Virus record (IMG/VR): IMGVR_UViG_3300010383_000113
Coordinates: 101,830 to 165,829 of that record
Length of the DNA: 64,000 bases
Direction: 5' to 3' (one strand)
Source of the DNA: a virus
Lineage: Duplodnaviria; Heunggongvirae; Uroviricota; Caudoviricetes
The translations under genes and the position numbers were made by a program. Positions within the stretch are counted from its first letter, which is position 1, and every line of letters starts with the position of its first letter. The notes beneath the pieces are model-generated. The model ran no database searches. It had not been told where the DNA came from and saw only the letters and a program-made list of their open reading frames with translations. Positions 36,205-45,778 of the stretch are shown in pieces.

Positions 36205-36719
36205 ATGCCCCAGCCGTCACAGTCCTTGCACACGCCGTCGATGATGTACTGGTGCGAGTACAGCCCGCCGCCGCAGATGCCGCACCAGTCCGAGCCGTCC
36301 ACCTCGCGGAAGTCCCCGAAGCAGTAGCCCTTGCCTCCGCAGGTGCGGCACTCCAGAACCCTGTGGATGGCCTTGGAAGCGTTGGCCTGGACCTGGCTGT
36401 GGACGCTGCGGCGGGCCCAGAACATCCAGCGGAGGACCTCTGGGCCCATCTTGGCGACGTCCTCGACGCCGCGATCCTTGCACCTTGGGCACTCTTCATC
36501 CCAGAGGTCCACGGCCTTGGCCACCTCCGGGGGCATGAAGGAGCCGTACAGCACCGGCTTCTCGGGATGGCTTTCTCGTTGGGCGGCGATCGTGCTGTCG
36601 ATCACGAAGTCTTCCTGGGCCCGGTCGAACCAGAAGTCGTCGATCGTGTAGGAGCCGGAAGACCAGACGGGGGTTTGGGCTAGGAGGCAGAGGAGCAGGG
36701 TGGTGGATAGGATACTCAT
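36141..36719 (-). CDS. secreted cysteine-rich protein
   Basis: signal peptide MSILSTTLLLCLLAQTPVWS; multiple CxxC pairs. Confidence 0.45.
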   Translation of the reverse strand: MSILSTTLLLCLLAQTPVWSSGSYTIDDFWFDRAQEDFVIDSTIAAQRESHPEKPVLYGSFMPPEVAKAVDLWDEECPRCKDRGVEDVAKMGPEVLRWMFWARRSVHSQVQANASKAIHRVLECRTCGGKGYCFGDFREVDGSDWCGICGGGLYSHQYIIDGVCKDCDGWGMCGRLKPKDYRWSNSYQAFGH

Positions 36720-37017
36720 TCCATAGACCAGATCAGGGGCTTGATGTTGAGTTCACGGTTCAGGGCCAGGACGATCTCGCGTTTCTCGTCGTCGGTCAGC
36801 CCTACGAGGTCTTCGGGCATGTACTTGCGGATCTTGCTTTGTGACGACAGCACGATGATGTCGACGTCGATACTGGGCGTGTCTGCGTCCAAGTCGGGCA
36901 GGTTGGTGTTGATGAGGTAGTCGGGCATCCGGCCGCTGTAGTGGACGATGATTTCGTCGCCCTCGACAACGCTGAAGGGGGCGTCATCTTCGCCGAATGG
37001 AACGGAGTTCTCAGCCA
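36716..37017 (-). CDS. hypothetical protein
   Basis: start MAENSVPFGEDD. Confidence 0.35.
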
Positions 37018-37358
37018 TCGAGGAGGCACCTGATTGAGATGGAATAGCCGGACTTGAACAGCAGAAGGAAGTGCCCATCGTCCGAGATCCCCAGCGAGGA
37101 CGGATCGAAGCCGACCGTCCCCATCGTCTGGTCGTAGAGGATCTGCTCGATCGTGTCGTACCTGACGCGATGGACCTTGAGACTGGCGGTGATTAGTTCG
37201 ATCCAGTCGTTCGCTAAGTCACGGCGAACCCCGATGAGGATCTCGTCCAGGTCGAGGTCGTCTTTCTTTGTCGCGATGGCGTAGAGCCGATCGAAGGGGA
37301 CGACGTAGGTGGAGTGGTCGAACATAAGGGGCTCTAGGATCCTGGTTTTTAGTTCCAT
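37011..37358 (-). CDS. hypothetical protein
   Basis: start MELKTRILEPL. Confidence 0.35.
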   Translation of the reverse strand: MELKTRILEPLMFDHSTYVVPFDRLYAIATKKDDLDLDEILIGVRRDLANDWIELITASLKVHRVRYDTIEQILYDQTMGTVGFDPSSLGISDDGHFLLLFKSGYSISIRCLLDG

Positions 37359-37563
37359 TTTTTCGGGCACGAAGTGCTCATCGCCTTCCGAACTTCTTCG
37401 GGCCACTCACGCAGCATCCGAGTCATGTAGTCGAGCCACGCTTGATGTTCGGCGTCAAACTCGGCGTTCTTGCGGTCTTCTTCGAGCCTCTCCCGATCCT
37501 TGCGGCCGATGCGGCTCAGGATCCGTTCTTCGCGGGCTTGGCGGCGTTCGTTGTGAGATTTCA
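37349..37563 (-). CDS. hypothetical basic protein
   Basis: start MKSHNERRQ. Confidence 0.35.
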
Positions 37564-38358
37564 TCAGCAGTTCTTGGCCAGGGCCGAATAGAAGGCGTCG
37601 GGGTCGATGCACGAGAGGCCGGACTGTTCGAAGGTGTTCATTTCGACCATGATCCAGCCGCCGGCCGCCTTCTCCGCGACGTCGATGACGAAGGAATGGG
37701 CGTGGCACTTGGCGACGGCGGCGACCTGGTCGGCGAACTCCCTGGCTTCCGCAGGCACTTCGCCACGGCTGTCCGCCCTGTCGGACTCGCTCCAGTAGAA
37801 GCCGCCGGCAAGATACTCGCCCTGGTCGTAGAACAGCCGATACTCATTCGTGAACGGCAGGCCGTTGAGGCCGACCTCATGGGTGACCAGCGGCTCATAC
37901 TTCCGATATAGGATGGACTGCGAGGCCAGCAGCGAGTCTTCGCTCAGCATGCAGCCGATCCGGACGGCGTCTTGCTTGGTCCGGGCGAACATGTGGGTGT
38001 CCCAGTTGTACTTCTTCGAGTTGGTCCTTCCCTTGACCACGAACGGCCCGGGGTGGGTGCATCGGTAGAAGTCGTCTGGGGTCCAGGTCTGGAACGTAAA
38101 CTCCTTCAGTTGGTCGTAGTAGCCGAAGTCGGCGATCCACCTGAAGGCGTCGGGGCTGCTCGGATACTCGTTGCAGTTGAATTCGAGATCCAGGACCAGG
38201 TCGACGTAGTGGGGCAGGGCGGAATATCGCGGGATGACCAGGGTGCGTCGGCACGAACATCGGCTGGTCGTGACGTCGAAGTACCTGGCCGCAGCCTCGA
38301 ACTCGTCAGGGTTGTTAAGCAGTGCTTCCGTGGTCGTCAGGATCGTAGCCCGTCTCAT
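37564..38358 (-). CDS. ATP-grasp-like domain protein (phage DUF4343-type)
   Basis: YVDLVLDLEFNCNEYP, KGRTNSKKYN, GGWIMVEMN resemble the ATP-grasp_4 family; weak. Confidence 0.4.
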   Translation of the reverse strand: MRRATILTTTEALLNNPDEFEAAARYFDVTTSRCSCRRTLVIPRYSALPHYVDLVLDLEFNCNEYPSSPDAFRWIADFGYYDQLKEFTFQTWTPDDFYRCTHPGPFVVKGRTNSKKYNWDTHMFARTKQDAVRIGCMLSEDSLLASQSILYRKYEPLVTHEVGLNGLPFTNEYRLFYDQGEYLAGGFYWSESDRADSRGEVPAEAREFADQVAAVAKCHAHSFVIDVAEKAAGGWIMVEMNTFEQSGLSCIDPDAFYSALAKNC

Positions 38359-38594
38359 CCAACGACCTCCATGGAGGGGGAGGAGCAGGGGGTGTAGGGG
38401 ACGACGTCGTGACGGCGGGTGATCGTCGTGGTGGTCTTGAGGATGCGGAACTCCCAGGCGTTGTCGGGCCGAGACGTGAAGTAGTCGACCTCGGCCTTGG
38501 CCTCGGGCAAACTAAGGTTGTCAGCCCAGACCTCCCAGGAAGTGGCTCCCGGGAGTCGATGGCATACGCAGTAAGTGATCTCAGTGCTTTTCAT
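38355..38594 (-). CDS. hypothetical protein
   Basis: 79 aa; its C-terminal codons form the palindrome CCTCCATGGAGG next to a motif copy. Confidence 0.35.
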   Translation of the reverse strand: MKSTEITYCVCHRLPGATSWEVWADNLSLPEAKAEVDYFTSRPDNAWEFRILKTTTTITRRHDVVPYTPCSSPSMEVVG

Positions 38595-39075
38595 GGGCGG
38601 CAGACTTCCTCTTGAGGCACTCTATAATCTCTTCCACGGAATTGATTCGATCACTCGGGTCGACGTCGAACATCTTGAGGGCTTCTTCGAGGGCGGGCCG
38701 AAGCTTACCCATGACCTCGCTCGCCCTCGGGCCCTTGACAGTGATCATCTGCCTCCAGTGCCCCTCGTACTCGAAGGCGATCGTTGTGTCGGAGCCCTTG
38801 GCGTAAAGTTCGACGAACTTCGAGGTGACAAGTGGCACTCGGTACTTGTCTTGGATCACCTCGACGTCGAAGTAGAGTTCGTCGTTGTGGGTGTTGTATG
38901 AGACGACCTGAAAGATGTCGCCGGCCCTGACGGTGTGGGGCTGGCCGTCGGTCGTCCGGTCGGCTGCGTATTCGTGGTCGGGCCCCGTATACCGAACCCA
39001 ATCACCAGGCTCAATCTTCAAGGTAGGATCTCCCATCGCGAGACTGTTCTCCAAGTTGGGCTTAGACATCTCCAC
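38581..39075 (-). CDS. hypothetical protein
   Basis: ATG directly follows GTAGCAGGGGGTGGAG. Confidence 0.4.
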   Translation of the reverse strand: MEMSKPNLENSLAMGDPTLKIEPGDWVRYTGPDHEYAADRTTDGQPHTVRAGDIFQVVSYNTHNDELYFDVEVIQDKYRVPLVTSKFVELYAKGSDTTIAFEYEGHWRQMITVKGPRASEVMGKLRPALEEALKMFDVDPSDRINSVEEIIECLKRKSAAHEKH

Positions 39076-39790
39076 CCCCTGCTACTGTCTTTTCTAGGGC
39101 GGCCCAGGCGTTCTTGGCTTCTTCCTCGGACAGCCCGGACGAAGACAGTCGATGGACTAGAGTCTCAAGCTGCTCGGTCGATTGAGCGAGGCATTCCGAC
39201 GCTTCCGTAAAAGACTTGGCCGCCGCCTTGATCTTCAAGTGATCCACCACGTCGGACGACCCGAAGCCGTTGGTCCCACGCGAGGTCTTCGGGAGGGCTT
39301 CGTAGGCTTTCGGCGTGATGTAGTCGGGCCGAGGGAACTTGGTCTCGACCACGAGGATCTGGGTCAGGGCCTTGCCGTAGGGTACGGTGATCGTTGCTTC
39401 CTGGATGGCGTTGTTGATTGCCCAGACGGATGCGGCGGCATTATGGCCGATCTCCATGGCCGACGCTAATCGGCCGAGCATGGTCTGGATGATGGGCCAG
39501 ATGTTCACGTTCGTCGCCACGACCTTGAGTTCGCCCCGATAGGGCCCGTCGATGCAGCCGCCGAGGATGGTGAGGCCTACTTTGGCACGGCCGCTCTTGT
39601 CCCAGGCTAACGCCGTTTGGCCTTCGTCTAGGGCGATCTGAAGGCCGGTCCGGATGCTGACGACTTCGCCAGGGCGGATGACAACCTCTTCAAGGGCGAA
39701 GATGTCGATGCCTGCGTCGTCGGGGTTGTTCCTGACGGGGTCGATGGCACGGGGGTCATTTTTGGTATAGGGGAGCAGGGGGGTGGTCAT
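39062..39790 (-). CDS. dut: dUTP diphosphatase with C-terminal extension
   Basis: DAGIDIF, GCIDGPYRGELKVV, SRGTNGFGSSD (dUTPase motifs 1, 3, 5). Confidence 0.75.
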   Translation of the reverse strand: MTTPLLPYTKNDPRAIDPVRNNPDDAGIDIFALEEVVIRPGEVVSIRTGLQIALDEGQTALAWDKSGRAKVGLTILGGCIDGPYRGELKVVATNVNIWPIIQTMLGRLASAMEIGHNAAASVWAINNAIQEATITVPYGKALTQILVVETKFPRPDYITPKAYEALPKTSRGTNGFGSSDVVDHLKIKAAAKSFTEASECLAQSTEQLETLVHRLSSSGLSEEEAKNAWAALEKTVAGGGDV

Positions 39791-40506
39791 GATGCGAGAC
39801 TCGCGATTCCTTTGTCGTTGTGGTTACGGACGAATGCGTATTCCTTCGACTTGCCCTTGGAGGTCTTGAAGTCGCCCAGTTCTCGGAAGGGGAGCCAGTC
39901 TGCGTTCGGTCCTTCGCAGACGATGAGTTGTCCCGTCCTCGTTAGGCACCAGGAAGCCAGCCGCTCGTAGTCGTCGAACCTCATCCGGTAGTATTTGCCC
40001 TTCTCCTTGTAGGGCGGGTCGACGTGCCAGGTCGCCTGGATTTCGGGGGCCGTTTCGAAAGATCCCAGTGAAACGGTCCATTCCCGGATGAAACTGATCT
40101 GTTCCGCGATCCTCTGCTTGGCCTTCGGCCCCCAGTTTAGCTGGGCCTTATCGGATCTAGCCGAGTAGGCGGTTCGCGACTTTTTGGGGCTGGCACTACC
40201 TCGATTTAACCAGAAGCCGATCAACCACTTGGCTTCTTCGGGGATGGTGTGATCATCGACGGAGTCGCCCACCAAGGGGAGTTCTGGAAGGGAGAGGATT
40301 TCCTCTTCCGAGACGGAGATCAAGTATGACCAGACACCCACGATGATGGGGTCTGCGTCGACCAGGATTGCTTTTTGAACGTGGTGGAACGTCGAGTATC
40401 CGGCTGATCCAGCGAACGGTTCGATGACGGTTTCGTGTGCTGGTGACGGATAGTGTTTCGCCAGGCTCCACTTGGATCCGTAATAAGGGAAGAACGGCCG
40501 CAGCAC
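39787..40506 (-). CDS. DNA N6-adenine methyltransferase (Dam-like)
   Basis: YYGSKWSLAKHY..VIEPFAGSAGY and WHVDPPYKEKGKYY (DPPY motif). Confidence 0.75.
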   Translation of the reverse strand: MLRPFFPYYGSKWSLAKHYPSPAHETVIEPFAGSAGYSTFHHVQKAILVDADPIIVGVWSYLISVSEEEILSLPELPLVGDSVDDHTIPEEAKWLIGFWLNRGSASPKKSRTAYSARSDKAQLNWGPKAKQRIAEQISFIREWTVSLGSFETAPEIQATWHVDPPYKEKGKYYRMRFDDYERLASWCLTRTGQLIVCEGPNADWLPFRELGDFKTSKGKSKEYAFVRNHNDKGIASLAS

Positions 40507-40788
40507 TTAGTTGAACTCCAAAACGATGTTCGAGTCGTTGTTGGTGGTCAGGCAGTTCCAGGGGGAGAAGTCGCTCTGCATGGTGGCTTCAAGCCAGCCG
40601 AAGAGGATGTGGTCTCCGGCCATCTTGCGGATCTCCTCATAGGGCACCATGATTGGGCGAGTCCAGTGTTCCCAGTCGAACTCGCACTGGTCTTCGATCT
40701 CGTTCCAATGCTCCAGCTCCTCATCGACGTCGAGACTCTCAGAGTAGGAGCGTTTGCCGGCGTGGATCGTGGCTTTCAGGTAGCTCAT
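40507..40788 (-). CDS. hypothetical protein
   Basis: 93 aa ORF. Confidence 0.4.
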   Translation of the reverse strand: MSYLKATIHAGKRSYSESLDVDEELEHWNEIEDQCEFDWEHWTRPIMVPYEEIRKMAGDHILFGWLEATMQSDFSPWNCLTTNNDSNIVLEFN

Positions 40789-41363
40789 CAGACCCTCACT
40801 TCGACCTTGAGCTTGTCGGAAATCTCCTTGAGCTGGATCTTGACGGTCTCGTGGATCCCCTTGGCGATCGAGTTGTTGGCGTTCTTCAGGGCTTCTCGCA
40901 TGGTGGATTCGATCTGGACGTACAGCATGCTGTGGACCAGGTGGGCGACGCGGGTCTGCTTGGGGCTGAAGTTGTAGTCGCCTTGCCCCTTGGGCTTGCC
41001 GCTGTAGTCGACCGGCTCGTTGAGATACCTCTCGGCCTGGGAGATGAGGTACTCGCGGAAGGTGACCTCTTCACCCTTCTTCTCGCCCCACTTGTTGGTC
41101 GCCTGGAGCTTGATGTTCTCGACGGCCTCCGCCGTGATGGGCTCGACGACCCGCGTCGCCAGGTCCTCGACGGCCTTATCGATCTTCTTGCGGGCCTCGT
41201 TCAGGATGGTGTCGCGGAACTTGGAGGATCCCTCGAAGTCGTAGAGATCTCCGTACTCGTCGTAGCGGGCCGACGAAAGGATGTTCTTGACGATGCCGTC
41301 GACGACGCGATCCTGGAGGACTTCGGGGGTGAGGCCGGCGAGCTGGAGCAGTTCGTTGTTCAT
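40788..41363 (-). CDS. hypothetical protein
   Basis: 191 aa ORF. Confidence 0.4.
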   Translation of the reverse strand: MNNELLQLAGLTPEVLQDRVVDGIVKNILSSARYDEYGDLYDFEGSSKFRDTILNEARKKIDKAVEDLATRVVEPITAEAVENIKLQATNKWGEKKGEEVTFREYLISQAERYLNEPVDYSGKPKGQGDYNFSPKQTRVAHLVHSMLYVQIESTMREALKNANNSIAKGIHETVKIQLKEISDKLKVEVRV

Positions 41364-41418
41364 GGCGTTCCTCGGGGAAGGGGGAAAGGCCGGAGAGTTG
41401 TTCCCCGGCCCTTAAGAA

Positions 41419-42318
41419 TTACTTGCTGTCCGGAACCTGAATGAAGGGCAGGGGGGATTGGCCGCTCATGAGGGTGGGGAGCTTGCCGTCCCACTTCTCG
41501 ACGGTCTGATACTTGAGCAGGTCGGGCGTGATGCTCTGCTGCAACAACTGGTTGGCCTTGGATTCGGCCTCGGCGATGGCCAGCGTGGCAGCCGCCTTGC
41601 CCTCGGCCTCGGCCTTCTGGGCGTCGGCCTTACCCTTGGCGACCGCGACGGCCTGGCGGGCCTCGGCCTCGCTCTGCTTGACCTTGGCGTCGGCTTCGAG
41701 GGCCTTTTGCTGCTGCGTGATCGTCGCACTGATCGCGTCGATGACCTTGCTGTCGACACGCATTTCGCCCACGATGCTCACCATGTCGATGACATAGCCC
41801 TTGGACTCAAGCTCCTCCTTCAGGTCGTTCGTGACGTCCGTGAGGACCTTCTCCTTGCCGCTGCCCATCACCTCGTGGACCAGGGCCTTTCCGCCGTGAC
41901 GCACGAAGGCGTCGCGTACCTTCGACCGAAGATAGACGTTGGTGATGCCGTCGATGTCGCGACGCTGCTCGCGGAAGATCGTCGTGACCTTGTCCTCCTT
42001 GATGGAGTAGGCCAGGGCCACGTCGCAGTTCACCGAGTTGCCCTCGGCGGTGTTGAAGGTGATCGACTCGTCGCCGTCCGGCCCGTCCTTGTGCCAGACG
42101 GGCTGCTGCATGAAGATGGGGAAGGTGTAGATCTCGGTGGCCAGGGGGTTGTACCAGACTCGGCCATAGGCGATGTCGTAGTCCTTCTTGGCCTCCTTGG
42201 AGCCGTAGAGCGGCACGATGACCCCGACGTAGCCGGGCTTGATGGTCTCGCAGCAGCAGCCGGTGTTGAAGATGCTGGCCAGGGCGATGAGGCAGAGGCC
42301 GATTCGGTTGAACTTCAC
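41419..42318 (-). CDS. SPFH/band-7 (prohibitin/HflC-like) lipoprotein
   Basis: lipobox-like LIALASIFNTGCC; coiled Ala/Lys/Gln segment and C-terminal LLKYQTVEKWDGKLP typical of SPFH. Confidence 0.6.
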   Translation of the reverse strand: MKFNRIGLCLIALASIFNTGCCCETIKPGYVGVIVPLYGSKEAKKDYDIAYGRVWYNPLATEIYTFPIFMQQPVWHKDGPDGDESITFNTAEGNSVNCDVALAYSIKEDKVTTIFREQRRDIDGITNVYLRSKVRDAFVRHGGKALVHEVMGSGKEKVLTDVTNDLKEELESKGYVIDMVSIVGEMRVDSKVIDAISATITQQQKALEADAKVKQSEAEARQAVAVAKGKADAQKAEAEGKAAATLAIAEAESKANQLLQQSITPDLLKYQTVEKWDGKLPTLMSGQSPLPFIQVPDSK

Positions 42319-42545
42319 TTCGAGGGGCTCCAGAGCTTGAACAGGTGGGCGACCAGGTAGACGGGCAGGAGGAGAGAGCCGACGAACGTAGCGAACCCCA
42401 TGAAGAGGAGCAGGGGGTCTCCCGAATTCACCATGTGGGAGGAGGCGACGAAGCCGAGCTGACAGACGAGGAACGCCAGGGCGATCCAGATGACGGTGAG
42501 GGCGATCTTGTGCTGAATGCGTTTGATCTTGGGGGCTCCTTGGGG

Positions 42546-42749
42546 CTACCGCTCGTTGGTCCAGAAGACCAGACCTGCGTCGTCTCGGATCCGGTAGAGA
42601 CGCTCGCCGTCGAACTTGCAGGTCACGACGCGGCGATGACAGTCGGCGAGTACGGGCGACGAGATGATTTCGTGCCAGGCCTTACCGTAGTTGTAGGACA
42701 CCTCAAGCAGGTACTTGGGCGTCGCCTCTGCGATTTCTTGGGTGGTCAT
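42546..42749 (-). CDS. hypothetical protein
   Basis: start MTTQEIAEATP. Confidence 0.3.
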   Translation of the reverse strand: MTTQEIAEATPKYLLEVSYNYGKAWHEIISSPVLADCHRRVVTCKFDGERLYRIRDDAGLVFWTNER

Positions 42750-43234
42750 TGGGGTAGGGGCATCCAGTGGGTGGGTCGTGATCCTCCGTCGGTGAATCGG
42801 TCGTTCGCGTGGTTGACCCAGTCGTCTCGAAAGTCTGCGATCCACGCCCCGACGCTGACTCGATAGGGAGTGGTTGAATAGCCGCTAGGCCCCCTTAGAA
42901 GGACGTAGGTGCCGTCGAGAGGGGCCGTGGAGATCGGCATCCATGGGGACTCTGGAATGTCGACGTCCCGTTTGCCAGCACTCTGAAGTGCCTCGACACC
43001 TCGATCTGTGAGGATGGCAGGGACGTTTGATTTCTCGCAGAGCCCTGTGTGATACCATCCGGATTTGATGTAGCCGAGCATGCGGAGCGTCTCGAACGCA
43101 TCGACAAAGGCTTGGCGGTCCGAGAAGCTGTATCGAGTCGCCCCGATCCTCCAGATTTCCTTGATGTCGAACCCGCGATCTCGGCTCGCGATGATGTCGA
43201 GGATGTCGCACTCGATCTGCGAGATGGGATTCAA
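42746..43234 (-). CDS. DUF551-domain phage protein
   Basis: C-terminal WMPISTAPLDGTYVLL...THWMPLPQ. Confidence 0.5.
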   Translation of the reverse strand: MNPISQIECDILDIIASRDRGFDIKEIWRIGATRYSFSDRQAFVDAFETLRMLGYIKSGWYHTGLCEKSNVPAILTDRGVEALQSAGKRDVDIPESPWMPISTAPLDGTYVLLRGPSGYSTTPYRVSVGAWIADFRDDWVNHANDRFTDGGSRPTHWMPLPQ

Positions 43235-43551
43235 GCGTCTTCCTTCCTGAGAATGTCGTCCCAGATGGGGGTCGTGGTCCGCTTCAGCTCGTCGATGTCA
43301 GCCTGGGTGACTTTGACGAGTCCGTAATGGCCGGAGTGCCACTGGGCTGAGAATGGGTCTTCGTCTTTCAGGCCGTTGTGATCAGCGACGGACACAACCC
43401 GGATGGGGTAGTTCATGAATCTTTTGCCGTCGGCCTCCCGATCTATCCCAACCACCCTCCAGAAAGGTCCATAGGGTTTTCCATCCAAGTCAACCATGCG
43501 GAGGACATCGCCGACCTCCAGGCCCATTTCACCGAGAGTTTGAATCATCAT
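43231..43551 (-). CDS. hypothetical protein
   Basis: start MMIQTLGEMG 3 nt after GGAGCAGGGGACG preceded by hairpin GCGTCCaaaGGACGC. Confidence 0.4.
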   Translation of the reverse strand: MMIQTLGEMGLEVGDVLRMVDLDGKPYGPFWRVVGIDREADGKRFMNYPIRVVSVADHNGLKDEDPFSAQWHSGHYGLVKVTQADIDELKRTTTPIWDDILRKEDA

Positions 43552-43843
43552 CGTCCCCTGCTCCGCGTCCAAAGGACGCCGCTTCCCTGACCTCGAAGCC
43601 GTGAACCTTGCTCTGGTCGTCTTCGATGGTCACGGCGATCCGATACTCAGGCTCGATCAATGCATTCAGCACGCCGAGCAGTCCGACCTCGCACGAGCCG
43701 TCCTCCCTCGCCCTGACCTGGATCGTAGGATGATCGGCCAGGGCGTCGTTGCAGGGCACCCGATTGAAGACGAGATTGCGAGTCGCCTCGGGATCCAACG
43801 CAAGCATTTCGTTCAGCAGACTTGCGACTTGTTTGGCGTCCAT
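43529..43843 (-). CDS. hypothetical protein
   Basis: 104 aa; AAGGAG 12 nt upstream of ATG. Confidence 0.4.
   Translation of the reverse strand: MDAKQVASLLNEMLALDPEATRNLVFNRVPCNDALADHPTIQVRAREDGSCEVGLLGVLNALIEPEYRIAVTIEDDQSKVHGFEVREAASFGRGAGDDDDSNSR
43552..43579. repeat. motif-hairpin module CGTCCCCTGCTCC + GCGTCCaaaGGACGC
   Basis: direct reading. Confidence 0.55.
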
Positions 43844-43891
43844 CTCAGAAGAACTCCTTGTCGATCAGGCTCATTTCACCGGGGGTTTGCT

Positions 43892-44347
43892 TCACGATCG
43901 CCCTCCCTGCTCCGTCGCCGCAGGCGACTTCTTCGGGTGTTCAGGTAGCGGCATCCAGTGGGTCACCTTGTCGATCGGAGGTCGTCCGTCGACACCCAGC
44001 CATCTACCATCTTTCTCCTCGCGATTCTTGACGAAGCCCATTTCTCGGACGTTCCCGTTGTCCATGGCCGCCAAAACCCTAACATAGAGCTGATGGTATC
44101 GATGATCGTGAGGGATGGTCGGAAGTTCGGTCTTGACGGAGATCCAAGGCTCGATGTGTTCGTCGGCAGTCTGCATGTTAACATTTCCTGTTCTAAGGTA
44201 CGTGAAGATCATAGGTCGATGATTAGGGCGACCGCCCACAGCGATCACCTCACCATCCGTCCTGGATAAAGCACCGCTCTGCTCGTACGACCGTTCAACG
44301 ACCACACCGTCTTTCTTCACCATAACGAACGAGCTGTTAGTGGGCAT
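43892..44347 (-). CDS. DUF551-domain phage protein (second copy)
   Basis: KVTHWMPLPEHP; ATG 5 nt after TAGCAGGGAGGGCGGCC. Confidence 0.5.
   Translation of the reverse strand: MPTNSSFVMVKKDGVVVERSYEQSGALSRTDGEVIAVGGRPNHRPMIFTYLRTGNVNMQTADEHIEPWISVKTELPTIPHDHRYHQLYVRVLAAMDNGNVREMGFVKNREEKDGRWLGVDGRPPIDKVTHWMPLPEHPKKSPAATEQGGRS
43899..43928. repeat. motif-hairpin module CGCCCTCCCTGCTCC + GTCGCCgcaGGCGAC
   Basis: direct reading. Confidence 0.6.
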
Positions 44348-44567
44348 GGCCGCCCTCCCTGCTACCCGCCGTAGGCGGCACCAGCCGGTCCAACTTCTCC
44401 TCGATCCGCTTGAGCCTCCAGATGATGTGGTGATGGACAGTTGGTCCGTCGCCCCGAGGCTCGTAGTCGTTCGACTCGGGGTTGTCGCAGCCCTGGATTA
44501 GAATCGAGAGCAGAACCAGCGACATGACGGCGAAGTAGAGAAGGGCAGTTTTTAGACCTTCGGTCAT
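44337..44567 (-). CDS. small lipoprotein-like protein
   Basis: signal and LIQGCDN. Confidence 0.4.
   Translation of the reverse strand: MTEGLKTALLYFAVMSLVLLSILIQGCDNPESNDYEPRGDGPTVHHHIIWRLKRIEEKLDRLVPPTAGSREGGHAH
44349..44377. repeat. motif-hairpin module CCGCCCTCCCTGCTAC + CCGCCgtaGGCGG
   Basis: direct reading. Confidence 0.6.
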
Positions 44568-44893
44568 TTCTCTTTTCCTACCTGTGAGGTGCCCAGCACC
44601 ACCATGCTGGTGCCGTACTCCTCATCCTCGACCTTGGGAGGATTGACGGAGCCCGAGGAACGCAGCACGACCGTCTCACGGGACAGTTTCTTGTCCACGA
44701 TGGTGACGACCTCGAAGAAGGTGTTCGTGCCGGGGTGGCGGTCGACGCCCGAGGTCGTCACCTGGAAACGGCCGGCGTCGAAGGCGAGGGGTGCTGGCGG
44801 GGGTTTCGTCTCGCAGCCACAAATCACTAATATCGCGACGCCGAGAAGTTTCAAGCGTCCTTCAGAAATCTTCGTCTTCGTCGATGAATTCAA
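44564..44893 (-). CDS. lipoprotein
   Basis: LGVAILVICGCETK lipobox. Confidence 0.4.
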   Translation of the reverse strand: MNSSTKTKISEGRLKLLGVAILVICGCETKPPPAPLAFDAGRFQVTTSGVDRHPGTNTFFEVVTIVDKKLSRETVVLRSSGSVNPPKVEDEEYGTSMVVLGTSQVGKEK

Positions 44894-45140
44894 AGAGGGG
44901 CTCCTCGCTGTCGGCCAGGGCTTCGTTCAGGGCCTCGCAGGCTCGGTTGAGTTGATCGTACCTGTCAGCTTCGGGGAGATGGTGATTTTCGCTGACATAG
45001 GACGAACGGACGATTTCCCCCGTTCTTTCGAACTTCACTTCGACACTTCCATAAATCACCGTCAGTACGCCGACTTTCTCCCTGTCTAGGAAGAACTCAT
45101 AATGGTCGGAGTCCTTTTGCCTAACCTTTAGTTTCTGCAC
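44862..45140 (-). CDS. hypothetical protein
   Basis: GTG start with GGAG 9 nt upstream; motif in leader. Confidence 0.35.
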   Translation of the reverse strand: MQKLKVRQKDSDHYEFFLDREKVGVLTVIYGSVEVKFERTGEIVRSSYVSENHHLPEADRYDQLNRACEALNEALADSEEPLFEFIDEDEDF

Positions 45141-45179
45141 GATCGGATCTCCAGGGGTGAAGGGGAGGAGCAGGGAGGG

Positions 45180-45710
45180 TCAGTCATCGAGTCCGTGCCA
45201 ACGCACGAAGTTGTCGATGAGGCCACGATAGAACTTAGGATAACGGTGGGCGAAGGCGTCCTCGATCAGGCAGAGGCCGAGGATGAGGTTCAGGGGCAGT
45301 CGCACGATCAGTGTGGCGACGGCGGTGAGGCCTTTGAGCATCGGGAGGATCGGCCGAGCGAAGAAGAGGACGCAGTAGTCTCGTCGTTCGGACTCGATCT
45401 TGACCCGGAGCCAGCCAATGAACTCGTGGTCGGTCAGATCCGGCGAGGGGTACGTCAACTTCCGAGACCGGCCGACGATCTTGCCCATCTGGACTTCGTT
45501 GAAGTAACTCTGGCAGATCCCACAGACGACCACGTAGAAGGTGCAGAGAAGGATCCCAAGGGCGAACAGACCGTTCATCGAATCTCCAAACAGGGCTGAG
45601 AGGGAGGGGGTTTGAGCAACGTCCGATTTCGTGAAAATCATTATCAGCGTGGGACGAGGGCTCGAACCCCCAGAAACCCTGGAAAACAAGCCCCCTGCCC
45701 GTGCATCCAC
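45180..45710 (-). CDS. membrane protein
   Basis: several hydrophobic segments (LFALGILLCTFYVVVCGI, LTAVATLIVRLPLNLILGLCLI). Confidence 0.4.
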   Translation of the reverse strand: MDARAGGLFSRVSGGSSPRPTLIMIFTKSDVAQTPSLSALFGDSMNGLFALGILLCTFYVVVCGICQSYFNEVQMGKIVGRSRKLTYPSPDLTDHEFIGWLRVKIESERRDYCVLFFARPILPMLKGLTAVATLIVRLPLNLILGLCLIEDAFAHRYPKFYRGLIDNFVRWHGLDD

Positions 45711-45778
45711 TCATGAAATTCAGACCGGGAATCGCGTTTATGTATCAGAACGACTGGTGTAGGACCCAGTAAGGGGTC

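Noticed and set aside
21802-44347. The GC-rich motif as simply a strong Shine-Dalgarno sequence
   Set aside because: It explains the copies 0-6 nt before ATGs but not the equal number in reverse orientation, the copies 20-60 nt upstream, the intragenic copies, the inverted pairs or the attached mini-hairpins.
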